A stretch of DNA of 64,000 bases from the NCBI GenBank assembly GCA_963793425.1, contig CAWCAG010000005.1, positions 1,728,001 through 1,792,000 on the forward strand, written 5' to 3'. Within the stretch, counting starts at the first letter, position 1, and every line of letters starts with the position of its first letter. Made by a program: the position numbers and the translations under genes. The stretch is from an uncultured cyanobacterium (GTDB lineage Bacteria > Cyanobacteriota > Cyanobacteriia > Cyanobacteriales > CAWCAG01). The notes under the pieces were generated by a model that had not been told where the DNA came from, did not search any database, and saw nothing but the letters and a program-made list of their open reading frames with translations. Below are positions 61,979-64,000 of the stretch, one piece after another.

Positions 61979-62520
61979 AAAGTGCGATCGCAATAACTCA
62001 GATCAATTAAACTCTTACCATCATTGTTAAATGAAGTATGCAGCCATTCTAATAAATTTTTATCTAAAACTTCTGCTTCTTTGGCAATCTCTCTAACTGC
62101 TAGCGGATGAGAAGCAATTTCATCTTCACTCTAATTGCTCCGGCATTGCCTATTACATCATTTGCTAATTTAGGACTGTATATTATCACCTCTTTTCTGA
62201 AGAAAATTACCATAGCTAAGTACAATTCATATTTCTTAACTATAATTATAACTAATACTGATTAATCGAGATGAAGGCAAGAACTTAAACTCAGCTAATA
62301 TTCCTATTGGCTAATGGTTCAGAGGGGTTGACAAAAAACATTCTACTGCAAGAGAGATAGTCCATACCTAAAAACCAGTATAAGTAAATATTATAATTTG
62401 TCGGATTAGTAATTTCATTGCTAATGCAGGCTAAACTCTGGAGAGTTTTCTCGTAGTATCAAAAGTAATGCTTAAACAAAAAGCAACTACTGCCGTTCTG
62501 TTTAACAAGAGGAGAAACCT

Positions 62521-62820
62521 ATGGCCACTTTCAAAGTTACTTTAATAAGTGAAGAAGAAGGAATTAACGAAACTATCGAAGTTCCTGATGATGAATATAT
62601 TCTTGATGCGGCGGAAGAACAAGGTATTGACTTACCTTACTCCTGCCGTGCGGGTGCTTGTTCTACCTGTGCTGGTAAAGTAAAATCTGGTACTATCGAT
62701 CAGTCTGACCAGTCTTTCTTAGATGATGATCAAATCGAAGCAGGTTACGTTCTCACTTGCGTTGCTTATCCTACTTCTGATTGCACAATCATAACCCATC
62801 AAGAAGAAGAGCTATATTAA
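62521..62820 (+). CDS. petF: Plant-type [2Fe-2S] ferredoxin
   Basis: [13 protein letters not shown]...LTCVAYP; GAGGAG ribosome-binding site. Confidence 0.96.
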   Translation: MATFKVTLISEEEGINETIEVPDDEYILDAAEEQGIDLPYSCRAGACSTCAGKVKSGTIDQSDQSFLDDDQIEAGYVLTCVAYPTSDCTIITHQEEELY

Positions 62821-62998
62821 AAAACTGAATTTAATCTGGGGCAGTTTATGCTTAACTCCTGAGCAATTATCAGTAGTTATATTTAAATTCCCCCCAACTA
62901 AAATTCGGTAAAGTTTCTGGCAGGTATCTCGTAGGTATCTGCCTTGATTTTGGGCAAATGGCCTAAAATAGGCGCAGTAAAGCAAAAATTGTCAACAA

Positions 62999-64000
62999 AT
63001 GTACTGGAAATCAGCCTGTATTGGTTTTGTCCTCAATGGAATAGCTTTAGGCTTACCAATACCTGTTCAGGGACAAATTCCTGACGAAAATAATGTACCA
63101 CCGGGAGACTATCAGCCGGAGTATGAACAAGAACCTCCTCCAGCCAGAATAAAACCTTTGCCTCCCCAACGCATTAGGCAAGATGTCAAACCCCCAGTAA
63201 AAGACTTTCGAGTTACTGCCCTACAAAGCCATTATACTGGGGATCTTTGGGTAGGTTCATGGCTAGGTTTAGCTCGCATAGATCCTAACACCGGGGCAAT
63301 AATTAGCAGAATTAGTTTACCTAACTACAAAATTGGTGCTTTAGCACAGGATAAGGTAGGAAGAATTTGGGTGGGAACTCATCAGGGCCTACTAAGAGTA
63401 GATTCTAACTTAAACTCTGTTACCGTAGATAGCGTTGCTTTACCTTCTCAAAAAATACTGTCTCTTTTGATTGACAAAAGAGGATTTTTGTGGGTAGGAG
63501 GCGATCGCGGTTTAACTTTAGTTAGTCCTGATAAGGGATTGCAAATGACAACCCTACAGGAATTACCAGGGGTAAGTGCCAATGCTTTAACCTTAGATAA
63601 AAAAGGTCAACTTTGGGTAGGAACCCTTCAAGGATTAGTCAAAGTAAATACAGGCAGTGCTTTCCCTGTCGGACGCATTGCTGATCTACCAGGTGGTGTA
63701 GTCCAAACCATCACTACCAATCCTAAAGACGGCAAACTTTGGGTAGGAACCCCTAATAGTTTATTAGTAATTGACCCAGAAACTCAGCGCATTGAACGTT
63801 CAGTAACTCCTTTGAGAGGCCTAAACGTTACTAAAGTAAGTTTTGCTAAAGACGGTACGGTTTGGGTAGGTACAACCACTGGTCTTTTAAAGATCAAAGC
63901 TGATAGTGGTGCTTCTTTAGGAGTCGTCACTAACCTCCCTTCCGACCAAATTATGTCCTTAGCCCCAGACTCAGGTAACAAACTTTGGATCGGTACAACA
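62999..64000 (+). CDS. Secreted beta-propeller protein (LWVGT repeats); runs off the window and is absent from the ORF track
   Basis: ATG at 62999 gives MYWKSACIGFVLNGIALG..., then repeated GxLWVG(S/T)xxGL blades. Confidence 0.8.
   Translation, partial: MYWKSACIGFVLNGIALGLPIPVQGQIPDENNVPPGDYQPEYEQEPPPARIKPLPPQRIRQDVKPPVKDFRVTALQSHYTGDLWVGSWLGLARIDPNTGAIISRISLPNYKIGALAQDKVGRIWVGTHQGLLRVDSNLNSVTVDSVALPSQKILSLLIDKRGFLWVGGDRGLTLVSPDKGLQMTTLQELPGVSANALTLDKKGQLWVGTLQGLVKVNTGSAFPVGRIADLPGGVVQTITTNPKDGKLWVGTPNSLLVIDPETQRIERSVTPLRGLNVTKVSFAKDGTVWVGTTTGLLKIKADSGASLGVVTNLPSDQIMSLAPDSGNKLWIGTT

Noticed and set aside
1..64000. Abundant GCGATCGC octamers as a novel signal
   Set aside because: This is the well-known cyanobacterial HIP1 sequence.

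Overview
Cyanobacterial chromosome window (petC-petA, petF, bciB-like gene, many HIP1 GCGATCGC octamers, heptamer tandem repeats). Most of it is intact housekeeping, signalling or metabolic genes: tRNA-Arg(TCT), thiO, a CobW-type GTPase, a CheA hybrid kinase, era, polA and 5-oxoprolinase. Two accessory islands stand out. (1) About 17.5-25.4 kb: an incomplete DNA phosphorothioation locus (DGQHR/DndB-like gene, dndC, dndD; no dndA, dndE or dndFGH in view) with a broken STAND-NTPase/TPR (NLR-like) gene inside it. (2) About 33.8-41.2 kb: a stand-alone Y1/HUH (IS200/RAYT-like) transposase flanked by direct-orientation three-hairpin elements, 37-bp tandem arrays and microsatellite tails. Related elements also bracket a nearby LRR-Roc-COR (Roco) gene. 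Its 69-bp LRR units are near-identical except at three codons on the predicted binding face, so it is a candidate diversifying receptor. Several MITE/REP families and deletion-derived pseudogenes are also present. All calls come from reading motifs by eye; no searches were run.
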